Assembly: GCA_050331235.1 (NCBI GenBank)
Contig: JBHJHA010000035.1
Location: 64,001 to 128,000, forward strand
DNA length: 64,000 nucleotides
Direction: 5' to 3'
From: Leptolyngbyaceae cyanobacterium
Lineage (GTDB): Bacteria; Cyanobacteriota; Cyanobacteriia; Phormidesmidales; Phormidesmidaceae
A program made the translations under genes and the position numbers. This document shows, piece after piece, positions 51,213-61,624 of the stretch; the first letter of the stretch is position 1; every line of letters begins with the position of its first letter. The notes under the pieces are model-generated. The model saw nothing but the letters and a program-made list of their open reading frames with translations. It did not search any database and was not told where the DNA came from.

Positions 51213-53195
51213 CTAGTCCGCAGCGAGATAGGTGTAATGGTTGAGGCTATGTTCATAGTGCTGCAGCAGTAATTGTGCCTCCTGAATAGTAATTTTGCCG
51301 TCTTGTAGAGCGTGCTCAGAGCGGCGACGAATATTCTCAATCAGATCGGCGGAGTCGTATTGTACATAGCTCAGCACCTCGGTCATGGTGTCGCCTTTAA
51401 CTACATGCTCAATGTGGTAACCCTTGGGTGTCATGTGAATGTGAACGGTGTTGGTATCGCCAAATAGATTGTGCAAGTTGCCCATGATCTCCTGGTAGGC
51501 TCCCCCAAGAAACAGTCCCAGATAGTAGGGCTCTGACTCATTGACGGGGTGTAGTTCCAGCACTGATTTGACATCTCGCAGGTCAATAAACCGGTCAATT
51601 TTGCCGTCGCTGTCACAGGTCAAATCCGCTAGGGTCGCCCGGTTGACGGGCTCTTCATTTAATCGATGGATGGGCATGATGGGAAAAAGCTGATCGATTG
51701 CCCAGGCATCCGGCATCGACTGAAAGACCGACAGATTGATGTAGTAAATCGAGGCAAGGCTCTTTTCCAGATCTTCCAAATCATCGGGAACGTACTCTTC
51801 GTGGCGGACAAGGTCAAGAATGCGACGACAGCAGGCCCAATATAGTCGCTCGATCTTGGCCCGCTCAGTCAGGCTCAGGTAGCCAAAGTTAAAGAGGCTA
51901 ATCGCTTCTTCTTTGAACTGGACGGCATCGTGGTAAGCCTCTTGATAATTTTTTAGATGAACCGAGGCGTAGGTATCGTAGAGTTCTCGCAATAGTGCGT
52001 GATCCTCGGAACTCGGGGGCTCAATAGTTTCCAAACCAGGCTTGTCGCTGGTGCCGAGTACGTCAAAAACCAATACGGACTGGTGAGAGGCGATCGCCCG
52101 CCCGCTCTCACTAATCAAAGTCGGTACGGGCAAATTCCGGGCGGAACAGGCTTCCTGAACCTCGGCCACAACATCATTGGCGTAGTTTTGGATGCTGTAG
52201 TTCTTGGATGCGCCAAAGTTCGTTTTGGAGCCGTCATAATCAACGCCCAGGCCGCCACCCACGTCGAGATATCCCATCTGGGCCCCGAGCTCAGATAGCT
52301 CAACGTAGATTTGACAGGCCTCCCGCAGCGCATCTTTGATCACGCTGATGGAAGAAATTTGAGACCCGATATGAAAATGTAGGAGCTGCAAACAGTCCAG
52401 CATGTCGGCGGCTTGCAACTGCTCCACCGCACTGAGAAGTTCAGGAATGGCTAGGCCAAACTTAGCGCGATCGCCAGCGGAGCCTCCCCAGCGGCCAATA
52501 CCTTTGCTGCTTAATTTAGCCCGCACGCCTAAGATTGGGCGAATTTGGAGGCGACGACTGGCTTCGATGACCAGCGGCACCTCATCTAGCTGCTCTAGCA
52601 CAATGATGGGCGTTTGCCCTAGTCGCTGGCTGAGCATCGCCGTTTCGATGTACTCCCGATCTTTATAGCCGTTGCAAATCAGCAGGGCTCCAGAACTATC
52701 GAGGGTGGCCAGCGCAATGAGGAGTTCCGGTTTGGAACCAGCTTCGAGGCCAAATTGATGGGGTTGCCCAAAGCGTACCAAGTCCTCAACCAGATGCCGT
52801 TGCTGATTGCACTTGACCGGAAAGACGCCCCGGTAAACGCCGTGATACCGGTAGCGGGCGATCGCCTTGGCAAAGCAGGCATTTAATCGTTCAATCCGGT
52901 CTTCCAAAATGTCGGAAAAGCGAATCAGGATTGGTAACTCTAAGTTGCGCTGTTTGAGGGCGGTTACTAAGTCATAAAGATCTAGAGAGCCCCCGCGATC
53001 GCCCCGAGGCGCCACCATAACATGCCCAGCCGCATTAATTGAAAAGTAGGGATCACCCCAGCCGTGGATGCGATAGAGTTCTTCACTTTGTTCAATGGTC
53101 CAGCGAGTTCCGGTCGTTTGGGCAACCGCGCCCGTAGTGACGCGAGATCGTAGGGCTTGGAGTACCTCTTCACTCGATTGTCGAGTTGTGGCCAT
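51213..53195 (-). CDS. speA: Biosynthetic arginine decarboxylase
   Basis: FPVKCNQ, GLEAGSKPEL, HFHIGSQ, DVGGGLGVDYDG, DLTCDSDG, GNLHNLFG. Confidence 0.98.
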   Translation of the reverse strand: MATTRQSSEEVLQALRSRVTTGAVAQTTGTRWTIEQSEELYRIHGWGDPYFSINAAGHVMVAPRGDRGGSLDLYDLVTALKQRNLELPILIRFSDILEDRIERLNACFAKAIARYRYHGVYRGVFPVKCNQQRHLVEDLVRFGQPHQFGLEAGSKPELLIALATLDSSGALLICNGYKDREYIETAMLSQRLGQTPIIVLEQLDEVPLVIEASRRLQIRPILGVRAKLSSKGIGRWGGSAGDRAKFGLAIPELLSAVEQLQAADMLDCLQLLHFHIGSQISSISVIKDALREACQIYVELSELGAQMGYLDVGGGLGVDYDGSKTNFGASKNYSIQNYANDVVAEVQEACSARNLPVPTLISESGRAIASHQSVLVFDVLGTSDKPGLETIEPPSSEDHALLRELYDTYASVHLKNYQEAYHDAVQFKEEAISLFNFGYLSLTERAKIERLYWACCRRILDLVRHEEYVPDDLEDLEKSLASIYYINLSVFQSMPDAWAIDQLFPIMPIHRLNEEPVNRATLADLTCDSDGKIDRFIDLRDVKSVLELHPVNESEPYYLGLFLGGAYQEIMGNLHNLFGDTNTVHIHMTPKGYHIEHVVKGDTMTEVLSYVQYDSADLIENIRRRSEHALQDGKITIQEAQLLLQHYEHSLNHYTYLAAD

Positions 53196-53515
53196 GATGG
53201 GTTTCCTCCGCGGCGTTGGTCATCAATCAGTAGACGCTAGCCCGCTGACTTCACTATGTCGTTTAGCGTACCGGTTTTGAATCATCTGGGGTGAAGGTCC
53301 TTATATTTTCCCTGACGCAAATGACGCCGCTGAGAGCGGCTAAAACGCTGCTATCAAAAAGGTTTAACGGCTCTGGCGGGCAAGAATTCTCTCGCAAAAG
53401 CCGACCAATTCAGACCTTCATAGGCAATTGGCAGTTCGCCTTGGGGCGATCGACCCAACAAAGATGCGGTCTTTCCCCGCTTGGACAAAGACCGCACCGC
53501 CAGTAATTGATCAAT

Positions 53516-55204
53516 CTAGGCAAATAGGTCGAGATCCGTCATGGCTCCTCGACTACTGCTCGAAACCAACTTGGCATACTTGCCCAATATGCCACGGGTG
53601 TAGTTGGGCTGGCGGGGTTGCCAAGCCTCTCGTCGCTTAGTGAGTTTCTCATCGGAGACATTGAGCTGGAGCAAATTTTGGTCCGCGTCGATGGTGATGG
53701 AGTCGCCTTCCTCAACTAGGGCGATGGTGCCCCCTACAGCGGCCTCTGGTGCTACGTGGCCAACTACCATGCCATAGGTGCCGCCGGAGAAGCGACCATC
53801 GGTAATCAGACCCACTGAGTCACCCAGCCCAGCGCCGATGATCGCTGATGTTGGGGCCAACATTTCCCGCATGCCCGGTCCGCCCTTGGGACCTTCGTAA
53901 CGCACTACCACGACATCGCCGGCGTTGACCTGCTTGTCTAAAATCGCCCGCAGACATTCCTCTTCGGACTCAAAGACGCGGGCCGGGCCGGTAATCTGTC
54001 GCTTTTTGATCCCCGTTAGTTTGGCAACGGCTCCTTCTGCCGCTAAGTTACCCTTGAGAATGCCTAAGTGGCCCTGGGGATACATCGGATTGTCAAAGGG
54101 GCGAATCACGTCCTGATTGGCCCGGGGCACTGCGGGGATCTCCGCTAGCAGTTCCGCAACGGTTTTGCCAGTAATCGTGAGGGCATCACCATGGAGCAAG
54201 CCTTGGCTCAGGAGCATTTTCATCACTTGGGGCACGCCACCAGCCTGATGAAAATCCGTGGCCACGTAACGGCCAGAGGGTTTGAGATCACACAGCACAG
54301 GCACTTTTTGGCGAATATTTTCAAAGTCGTCAATCGTCAAGTCAACCCCGATGGCATTGGCGATCGCTAACAGATGTAAAACCGAATTTGTCGAACCGCC
54401 CACAGCCATAATGACCGCGATCGCATTCTCAAAGGCTTGGCGAGTCAAGATTTGACGGGGCAAAATCTGCTGACGAATAGCTTCTACTAAAGCAAAAGCA
54501 GACTTTTCAGTACTGTCGGCTTTTTCCGCATCTTCAGCAGCCATCGTGGAGGAATACATCAAACTCATGCCCATGGCCTCAAAGGCTGAAGACATCGTAT
54601 TGGCGGTAAACATGCCCCCGCAGGAACCAGCTCCCGGGCAGGCATTGCGCTCAACGGCCATTAACTTCTCATCATCAATTTTACCGGCACTGTACTGCCC
54701 CACCGCTTCAAAAGCGCTGACGACAGTCAAGTCTTCGCCTTGGTAGTGGCCAGGTTTAATCGTGCCGCCGTAAACAAAAATCGAGGGGATATTGAGCCGA
54801 CACATGGCAATCATGGCCCCCGGCATATTTTTGTCGCAGCCGCCGATGGCGATTACCCCATCCAAGCTTTGGCCGTTACATACGGTTTCGATTGAGTCAG
54901 CAATCACCTCGCGGGAAACCAAGGAATATTTCATGCCCTCAGTGCCCATAGAGATGCCATCACTAATCGTGATCGTGCCAAATAGCTGGGGCATGCCACC
55001 GGCCTGTCGAATGCCGATTTCAGCGCGTTTGGCTAGATCATCAAGGCCCATATTGCAGGGGGTAATGGTGCTAAAGCCATTGGCAACGCCCACAATCGGC
55101 TTAGTAAAGTCATGGTCACTAAACCCCACAGCCCTCAACATGGCTCGGTTGGGAGTTCGCTGTACACCTTGAGTGACGACTTGACTTCTACGGTTCTCTG
55201 ACAT
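53516..55204 (-). CDS. ilvD: Dihydroxy-acid dehydratase
   Basis: [42 protein letters not shown]. Confidence 0.98.
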   Translation of the reverse strand: MSENRRSQVVTQGVQRTPNRAMLRAVGFSDHDFTKPIVGVANGFSTITPCNMGLDDLAKRAEIGIRQAGGMPQLFGTITISDGISMGTEGMKYSLVSREVIADSIETVCNGQSLDGVIAIGGCDKNMPGAMIAMCRLNIPSIFVYGGTIKPGHYQGEDLTVVSAFEAVGQYSAGKIDDEKLMAVERNACPGAGSCGGMFTANTMSSAFEAMGMSLMYSSTMAAEDAEKADSTEKSAFALVEAIRQQILPRQILTRQAFENAIAVIMAVGGSTNSVLHLLAIANAIGVDLTIDDFENIRQKVPVLCDLKPSGRYVATDFHQAGGVPQVMKMLLSQGLLHGDALTITGKTVAELLAEIPAVPRANQDVIRPFDNPMYPQGHLGILKGNLAAEGAVAKLTGIKKRQITGPARVFESEEECLRAILDKQVNAGDVVVVRYEGPKGGPGMREMLAPTSAIIGAGLGDSVGLITDGRFSGGTYGMVVGHVAPEAAVGGTIALVEEGDSITIDADQNLLQLNVSDEKLTKRREAWQPRQPNYTRGILGKYAKLVSSSSRGAMTDLDLFA

Positions 55205-55839
55205 GATTACCTTGTCCGCCTGACTAAAAATGCTCATCCAATCCTACCGAATTCATCCGCCCCATCGACATAGACTCAATCATTGACTACTCATAAAAAC
55301 AATGGTGTGAGTGCTTTAAATAACTGATTTGATAGGCAGGAGCGAATACCGATTCCCCATGGGAAAGGTTCTTAAAGTTACTACATTGCAATGTGTGAAT
55401 AACTCCGTCTTTTTGTGGCTAGCCGCCGCCGGCAAGAGATCCTGATTGCCTCAAATCTTGAAATCATGGCCTTTGAGTGCCAGCGATCTCGCTCAAGGGG
55501 TGCCCTGACCAGGGTCGCGATCGCCTCAGACTAGGACATAGCTTCCTATCCAAATCGCGTTAAGATTAGCCATCTGTCGCTTTTCGATGCGTCATTTGAT
55601 TAATCAATCCAATCAATAGATGCTGAAAGCAAACAGGGCAGCTTCGTTTTTATAGGATTGGAGAATTGCCGTTATTGGCACCTTTTAACCCAGTGATCAT
55701 AGAAGACAATCATTTGGGGGGCGACGGTTCATCCTAATTTTGTAATGGAGCGATGTCCAAAGTTAAAAGCACAGCGATCGTCATCGAGTCCCCATTGGGC
55801 TGACGGTTGCAATAGGTTCCTGAATGAAGGATCGATCAC

Positions 55840-56679
55840 ATGGATGCGAACGAAGTCATCACTCGATATGCCTCGGGAGAACGCGATTTTCGCGGTGCCG
55901 ATTTAAGGGGAGTGAATTTAGCTAACGAAAACCTGCAAGATATTAATTTACGGCAAGCCGTGTTGAGTGGGGCCAACTTGTCTAGCTGTGATCTCAAGGG
56001 AGCTAACCTGCGGGAAGCTAAGCTAGAAAAATGTAATCTCCAGATGGCGCACCTAGAGCTGGCCAACCTAATCGGCGCCGACTTGGTCTATGCTGACTTG
56101 ACCGAGGCCAACTTGAATGAAGCTGGCATCCGGGGCTCTAATCTATCCCACGCGATAATGCTACGGGTGAGTGCTCAGTCAGCCAATCTGAATGAGGCAA
56201 CTCTGGACAGTGCGCAACTGCGAGAAGCAGACCTGTCTCACTCGGCACTGAACCGCTGTCATTTGATCGAGACTGATCTGACGCTCTGTAAGCTGGAAGA
56301 CACCAGCTTTGCCAATGCTATTTTGACAGGGGCGACTCTCACCGGTGCCAATCTAGCTACGGCACTCCTCAGTGGGGCGAACTTGGATAACGCCGACTTA
56401 GGGGGAGCTGACTTGAGCCGGGCCAAGCTCCAGGGCTGTACCCTGGTCAATGCCCACTTGGTGCAGGCTAACCTGCGCGGGGCAAACCTCAGCTGGAGCT
56501 CGCTACGTGGCGCGGAACTGCGCGGTGCGACCCTCTATCGCGCCAAGCTAAGCTGGTCTAATTTAAGCGGTGCCGACCTCAACGAAGTCGTGATGATCAG
56601 TGCCAGTATGGATTATGTCAATCTGCGGAACGCGGTGCTGACGGGGGCGATTTTGCCGGATGGTCGGACTCACGAGTAG
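55840..56679 (+). CDS. Pentapeptide repeat protein
   Basis: RYASGERDF start and long tandem A(N/D)Lxx repeats ending LPDG. Confidence 0.95.
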   Translation: MDANEVITRYASGERDFRGADLRGVNLANENLQDINLRQAVLSGANLSSCDLKGANLREAKLEKCNLQMAHLELANLIGADLVYADLTEANLNEAGIRGSNLSHAIMLRVSAQSANLNEATLDSAQLREADLSHSALNRCHLIETDLTLCKLEDTSFANAILTGATLTGANLATALLSGANLDNADLGGADLSRAKLQGCTLVNAHLVQANLRGANLSWSSLRGAELRGATLYRAKLSWSNLSGADLNEVVMISASMDYVNLRNAVLTGAILPDGRTHE

Positions 56680-58507
56680 GCGATCGCCGCGCCACATCGG
56701 CAGGCATCACCGCCCGGGGGGCCAGGCGATGGGCCACATCAATTGGCCGAATCGGCATTTGTGCGACTGCATCGCGGCGTAAATGCGCCAGACGATACTG
56801 CACTTCGATGAGTTCTAAATGGAGCAAAGATGCCAGGGCTCGGATAGTTGGCGTCAAGCGACCGGTGAGGCGATCGCGGTTGTTTAACCAGCGGTTGACT
56901 CGGGGGGGCAAGCGATCGCTGAAGCGCAACGGCAATGCCGAAGTAGAAAATAGCGCCGCATATTCTGGGCTTAAGAAAGTCTGATAGTCGGCGGCTTGAG
57001 CTGTCTGCTGCATGACGAAACTCAGCACAGTGCCGTTTAAGTAGCTACGCAGGGGGCCGGTCTCAGTAGCCGGGTGCTCTGGCATAAATGGCACCTGAGT
57101 CAGCGCCGGATTGATATTTTGGGGATCGCCCACGCTGAGGTGAGTGCCGCCAATGATGGCAATCAGCGATCGTGGTCCCGTCAGCTGGTTAAAGGGCCGC
57201 AACTGTTGATCAGAAACGGAGGCAATGCCATCGCTGGTGCTCGTTACCACTAATGTCGGCACTTTCACCGAGCGCAGCCCTGTTTCCCCAAAGATATGGC
57301 CCGCTAGCGGATTCATCAGCACTAACTGAGCAATGCGAGGGTCAGCTAGACTCTCTGGCGGCAATTCCGCTTCGGTGGCGGCACACTGAAACCAGTCAGC
57401 TGGAGAGGAGGCGCCCACCTCAATTCCGGCACAAAAGTCTGCTAGTGCTACCGGATCAACTTTGCCCCCTGCTAGCACTAATCCCGTGTAGCCACCTAAT
57501 GAGTGCCCCACGATAGTCACCGCATCTAGCTCTAAGCGATCGCGCAAAAAGAATGAGGTTTCATTCAGCTCCGACAGCCGATCAAGAATGAAGCTGATAT
57601 CCCGGGGGCGCTCCACAAACTCATGGCCGGGTAGGATTGCTCCCTCCGGGGCAATCAGAGCCTCAACGTTGCTACCGGGATGCTCTAAGGCAATCACGGT
57701 CAACCCATGGGAAGCCAGATGCTGAGCCAAATAGTCTAAAAAGTAGCGATCAGCGCCAAACCCGTGGGACAAAATCACCGTTGGACCGGCGTTACGCTCC
57801 GACCAATAGAGATCCATGGGGATCACGCGATCGCGGTGATGATCCCGAAACGAGACCGACCAGCGCTCGGGCCTCCGGTGGCCCGACATAGCCGGATTGA
57901 GGTCTTGAGTCAGCGATCGCCGCGGCGACTCTTGCAGTTCTTGATCGAGAACGCGGCTGAGGGCTGTCTGCTCCAACCGAGAGACGCCAACTTGGGCTGC
58001 CAGCCGCATCAGGGCTCCCCCCTCTAGGGTCAAACTCTCGCCGGGTAGCGCTTGCAACAGCGTAATAAAAGTCACCCCGGCATCACTCTGTTCGGCGGTC
58101 TGCAGCGCCGTTTGAATCATGCCTGGCGTTAACTGAGGGGCCACCTGAGAGAGCGCGGTGATAAACGGTTTGCCTTTCTGGGTGCCAATCAGGTCATCGA
58201 TGAAGCGATCGCGCACCGAGGGCTCAACACTCAGGTGCCTGAGTAGCGTCTGCTGCAGCCGGGCCGTCATCACTGACTGATAGCGCTCCAGCCGCGCGGG
58301 CACTCGTCCAGTTTGGGCAAAGGTTTCTAAATCGCTGACATACACGCTGACGTGGGCTGGGCCCAATTCAATCGTGATGCGCTCAACAGCGCGGCTCGGG
58401 AGCGCCCCTAGAACAAGCACGCCGCCACTAAGCATTGACAAGCAAGCTGACCGGACTCCCAGCCGCAGAATTTTATGAAGGGCAAACAAAGGGCCTTGGC
58501 GCATCAA
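56618..58507 (-). CDS. DUF1400 plus alpha/beta hydrolase
   Basis: AVERI...SDLETFAQTG N-terminal domain; SHGFG, EHPGS, RPRDISFILD, GHSLGG, GGTHLS. Confidence 0.9.
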   Translation of the reverse strand: MMRQGPLFALHKILRLGVRSACLSMLSGGVLVLGALPSRAVERITIELGPAHVSVYVSDLETFAQTGRVPARLERYQSVMTARLQQTLLRHLSVEPSVRDRFIDDLIGTQKGKPFITALSQVAPQLTPGMIQTALQTAEQSDAGVTFITLLQALPGESLTLEGGALMRLAAQVGVSRLEQTALSRVLDQELQESPRRSLTQDLNPAMSGHRRPERWSVSFRDHHRDRVIPMDLYWSERNAGPTVILSHGFGADRYFLDYLAQHLASHGLTVIALEHPGSNVEALIAPEGAILPGHEFVERPRDISFILDRLSELNETSFFLRDRLELDAVTIVGHSLGGYTGLVLAGGKVDPVALADFCAGIEVGASSPADWFQCAATEAELPPESLADPRIAQLVLMNPLAGHIFGETGLRSVKVPTLVVTSTSDGIASVSDQQLRPFNQLTGPRSLIAIIGGTHLSVGDPQNINPALTQVPFMPEHPATETGPLRSYLNGTVLSFVMQQTAQAADYQTFLSPEYAALFSTSALPLRFSDRLPPRVNRWLNNRDRLTGRLTPTIRALASLLHLELIEVQYRLAHLRRDAVAQMPIRPIDVAHRLAPRAVMPADVARRSPTRESDHPAKSPPSAPRSAD

Positions 58508-58871
58508 ACCTAACGATACGAACGGAGCAGAACGCCAATCATGAACGCAGCGTTAACTTAATCTAAAGGACAAAGTAGGGATTTGAGAGGGGGGCAAATG
58601 TCAACTTTTATTGCCTGCCTACAGAATTTTCAAGCTGCAAGGAGGGAACTCGCTGCCTGCTGTAGGCTCCAGTGGGCGACGAGTTCCCTCTTGGGCTGTG
58701 CGATCGCGCTGAGATGGTGCACAACGTCAGTTCTCCTTAAGCAAATCTCACAGTCAATTAGTCGTGAGGGCTGCGGATTGCCTCTTGGGACAGGCTAGGG
58801 AAAATTTTCCGGTAAACTGAAGTGTCCCAGCTCTACCCCGACCGCTGAGCCTCTCCGATAAGGGGAGGAAG

Positions 58872-58987
58872 TTATACTGTCTCTGCGAATCGCGACTACA
58901 CATAGATTCTTCAAAGCCCCTTTTTAAGGGGGCAGCGACAGCGGGGGATCTTCAAATCTGTAGCGCTATTACAGAGAATTGGTCTTA
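58872..58987 (+). mobile_element. MITE-like dispersed repeat, copy 4
   Basis: Aligns with the other three copies; TTATACTG...GAGAATTGGTCTTA ends. Confidence 0.8.
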
Positions 58988-59023
58988 TTGGTTCACTTAA
59001 AATCCTGATCCCGAACTTAGGTT

Positions 59024-59518
59024 ATGCACACGCTGATTGGCCTCATGGGGCCGGGAGAAACCGCTACCGAGACCGAAATCGATATGGCCTATGCCCTGGG
59101 AGCCGCGATCGCGCAGCAGGGCTGGGCTCTGCTAACGGGGGGGCGAGCTGCGGGGGTGATGGCGGCGGCCAGCCGGGGAGCCCGCGCTCACCAGGGATTG
59201 GTTGTGGGTATTTTGCCTGACCCAGACCCCACCGCGATGTCATCTTTTGTTGACATTGCTATCTGTACGGGGATGGGGCAAGGGCGCAACGTGATTAATG
59301 TGCTGTCGAGTCAGGTCATTGTTGCCTGTGGGCTCGGAGCCGGAACATTATCTGAAATTGCCCTGGCGATCAAGTTGCAAAAGCCACTGATCTTGATGTT
59401 GGTGTCACCAGCAATGGTAAGGGATTTACAAAAATTATCGGCTGCCCAGATTGCACTCGTTTCTGAAGTTGATGACGCGATCGCACATATCCAACAAGCC
59501 CTATTGCTGCATCCCTGA
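59024..59518 (+). CDS. TIGR00725-like (LOG/SLOG superfamily) protein
   Basis: LTGG...GVMAAASRGA, VVGILP, TGMGQGRN, GTLSEIALA. Confidence 0.88.
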   Translation: MHTLIGLMGPGETATETEIDMAYALGAAIAQQGWALLTGGRAAGVMAAASRGARAHQGLVVGILPDPDPTAMSSFVDIAICTGMGQGRNVINVLSSQVIVACGLGAGTLSEIALAIKLQKPLILMLVSPAMVRDLQKLSAAQIALVSEVDDAIAHIQQALLLHP

Positions 59519-59832
59519 ATCCATCAAGACACGCCGAATCGTGACGCGATTAGACAGTTCATTAGAGTGATATGACGAGTCTATACTAATCCTGAGGGGG
59601 TTTTGCGGTCTTTCTCAGTTCAAATTGGGGCTGCGTTTTTGCCGAAGCAGACGCTTTAGAAACAGCATGGACAAATGGCCATCATGAACTCGTACCCGAG
59701 TTTCATGAATCACTGTTGAGAAGTGCTCAAGCCGCGCCTGATTAGCAGGAAGAAATACTAATCTTCGGGCTTTGGCGTTAATAATAGGATGTCTGCTGGC
59801 CCTTGCCATAGCCCTTTACTCACAACCTCGCT

Positions 59833-60129
59833 ATGCCTGAAGACTCCACTTCCAAAGATGAGTTTTTGCTGCCCCGTAGTTCCTACCGGGGCAAGCCATC
59901 GCTGCCTAACTTAACCTTTAACTCTAATTTGCAAGAGTTTGCTCAACGGGTTTCCTACATTTGCAATCTAGAAACAGGAGGCAAGGTCGACCCGGATGAA
60001 GCCTACCGCCAAATCAGACTGCTCTGGAAACAGCTCAAGTCATCTAAAAAGAATTTGCTTGATACCACCCTGCCCGACATTGGCCCTGAGGATCTGCCTG
60101 ACGATACCGAAGATTCGGATGCTAATTAG
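59833..60129 (+). CDS. Conserved cyanobacterial small protein
   Basis: FNSNLQEFAQRVSYICNLETGGK...AYRQIRLLWKQLK motif. Confidence 0.85.
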   Translation: MPEDSTSKDEFLLPRSSYRGKPSLPNLTFNSNLQEFAQRVSYICNLETGGKVDPDEAYRQIRLLWKQLKSSKKNLLDTTLPDIGPEDLPDDTEDSDAN

Positions 60130-61400
60130 GGAGGCGTAGCCTGACGTTGCTGCATTCGGTCATAGATATAGCGAGCCACAGCCGGAAATGCGGTTACATC
60201 GCCCGTCGAGTACATCGGGTCATTGGCAAACATGACCAGCACAAAGCGCGTTTGGTTGTCCGGTGAGATGATGATGGCGGCTTCTTGACGACCCTCATCA
60301 AAGGTGAATCCGAGCTTTGTGTAAAGCTGCACATCCGGTGGTAAATATTCCCCAAAAAAACCGGCGATCGCATTGGATTCTGTCGTCTGCCAAATCGCGG
60401 GATCGGTACTGTGGCGCAGGTGCGCTTTGAGGCGATCGCTGTATTCCGCCGCCACTGCCTGCCCAGTTTCGATTTCGTAGAGTAGTCGTGCCGCCGCCCG
60501 TGTCGTTAAGTAATTTCTGGTGAGGGGATGCTCTTTCCCGAGCGTTTCTCCTGCCGCAAACTGTAAATCTCGACCCGTTCGCTCAGTCATGCCCAAGTCG
60601 GGAACGGGAAACGTTTTGTGCGCAATGTTCAGATCGGGGTAGTGCGCTCGCAAGAAGTAATCGTTGATCGTTTGCCGCGCTGCCAACCAGTCTGCCCAGT
60701 CATTCCCGGTGAGGCTAGCTCCAGACTGTGTCTGGGTGACCGCATCGAGGACGCGACTAGCCGCCCCGTTGTTGGAATAGTGCACCGTCAGCAGTTCATC
60801 ATCGGGATGCAGGGCTGCCTCCGGCGACATCCGCCCTGTTTGGTAGTGATTGTAAAGTGCCACTAACCAAAACAGCTTGACCACACTCGCGGGATAGCGA
60901 GCTTGCTGATCTTGAAACTGTGCATACTGACAGCAGGGAGCTTTTAAATCAACCAAACTAACCGACACCACATCGGTCGGTAACCCCTTATCTGCCAAGA
61001 GGCCAACGGCTCCCCAGACGATGCGCTCTAGAGCGTGGGGTGAGGCACTAGAGGCCTCGGCGACAAATGGCGGTGGATTGGCCACCGGATAGCGCGGCTG
61101 GTCAAAATGGCTGGCAGCCTGGTAAAAGTCCAGCCCTTGGGTCAGGGTTGTGGGCACCGTTTGCCAGGGCGATCGCCAGCTAACCGGCGGCACTGACCGA
61201 CAGTTGGGGTGAGGGCTGACATCGCCTCGGGAAGGCGAGATGCGTGTACAGAGATTGGCGGCGAGGGGCGGTGCTGAAGTCCGGCTTTGCCACAGCGCTA
61301 GCCCCGCAGCTAACAAGCTGCCCGCGACAAACCCGCCCAGGGATAAGATCAGCCATCGGACTGGCAGCTGTTTTGACCGATAGTGGGGAGGCGCTTCCAT
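60126..61400 (-). CDS. Serine hydrolase (class A beta-lactamase-like/PBP)
   Basis: YPASVVK (SxxK), SNN (SxN), TKLG (KTG-like); N-terminal TM anchor; start uncertain. Confidence 0.85.
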   Translation of the reverse strand: MEAPPHYRSKQLPVRWLILSLGGFVAGSLLAAGLALWQSRTSAPPLAANLCTRISPSRGDVSPHPNCRSVPPVSWRSPWQTVPTTLTQGLDFYQAASHFDQPRYPVANPPPFVAEASSASPHALERIVWGAVGLLADKGLPTDVVSVSLVDLKAPCCQYAQFQDQQARYPASVVKLFWLVALYNHYQTGRMSPEAALHPDDELLTVHYSNNGAASRVLDAVTQTQSGASLTGNDWADWLAARQTINDYFLRAHYPDLNIAHKTFPVPDLGMTERTGRDLQFAAGETLGKEHPLTRNYLTTRAAARLLYEIETGQAVAAEYSDRLKAHLRHSTDPAIWQTTESNAIAGFFGEYLPPDVQLYTKLGFTFDEGRQEAAIIISPDNQTRFVLVMFANDPMYSTGDVTAFPAVARYIYDRMQQRQATPP

Positions 61401-61624
61401 AGACAATCGGATTACCCTTGGGGATGAATGGGACTGCTCAGCCAAGACCACCTACTGGTCACGTCATGGCTGCCGAGATTATAGAAGACCTCTCTCAACC
61501 TGAACGACTTTACTTACGATCGCTCGAACGGATGTGGCCTCGCCCAAGTCCAGCAGTTGGCGGTGGTAACACCAATGGCCCAAAATTATGGCAGCGATCG
61601 CACCTCTCTCAGCAAGGAGACTTT

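Noticed and set aside
61418..61624. N-terminal extension of the CPA2 antiporter in the ORF track
   Set aside because: A good AAGGAG site precedes GTG 61625 and family-like sequence begins there
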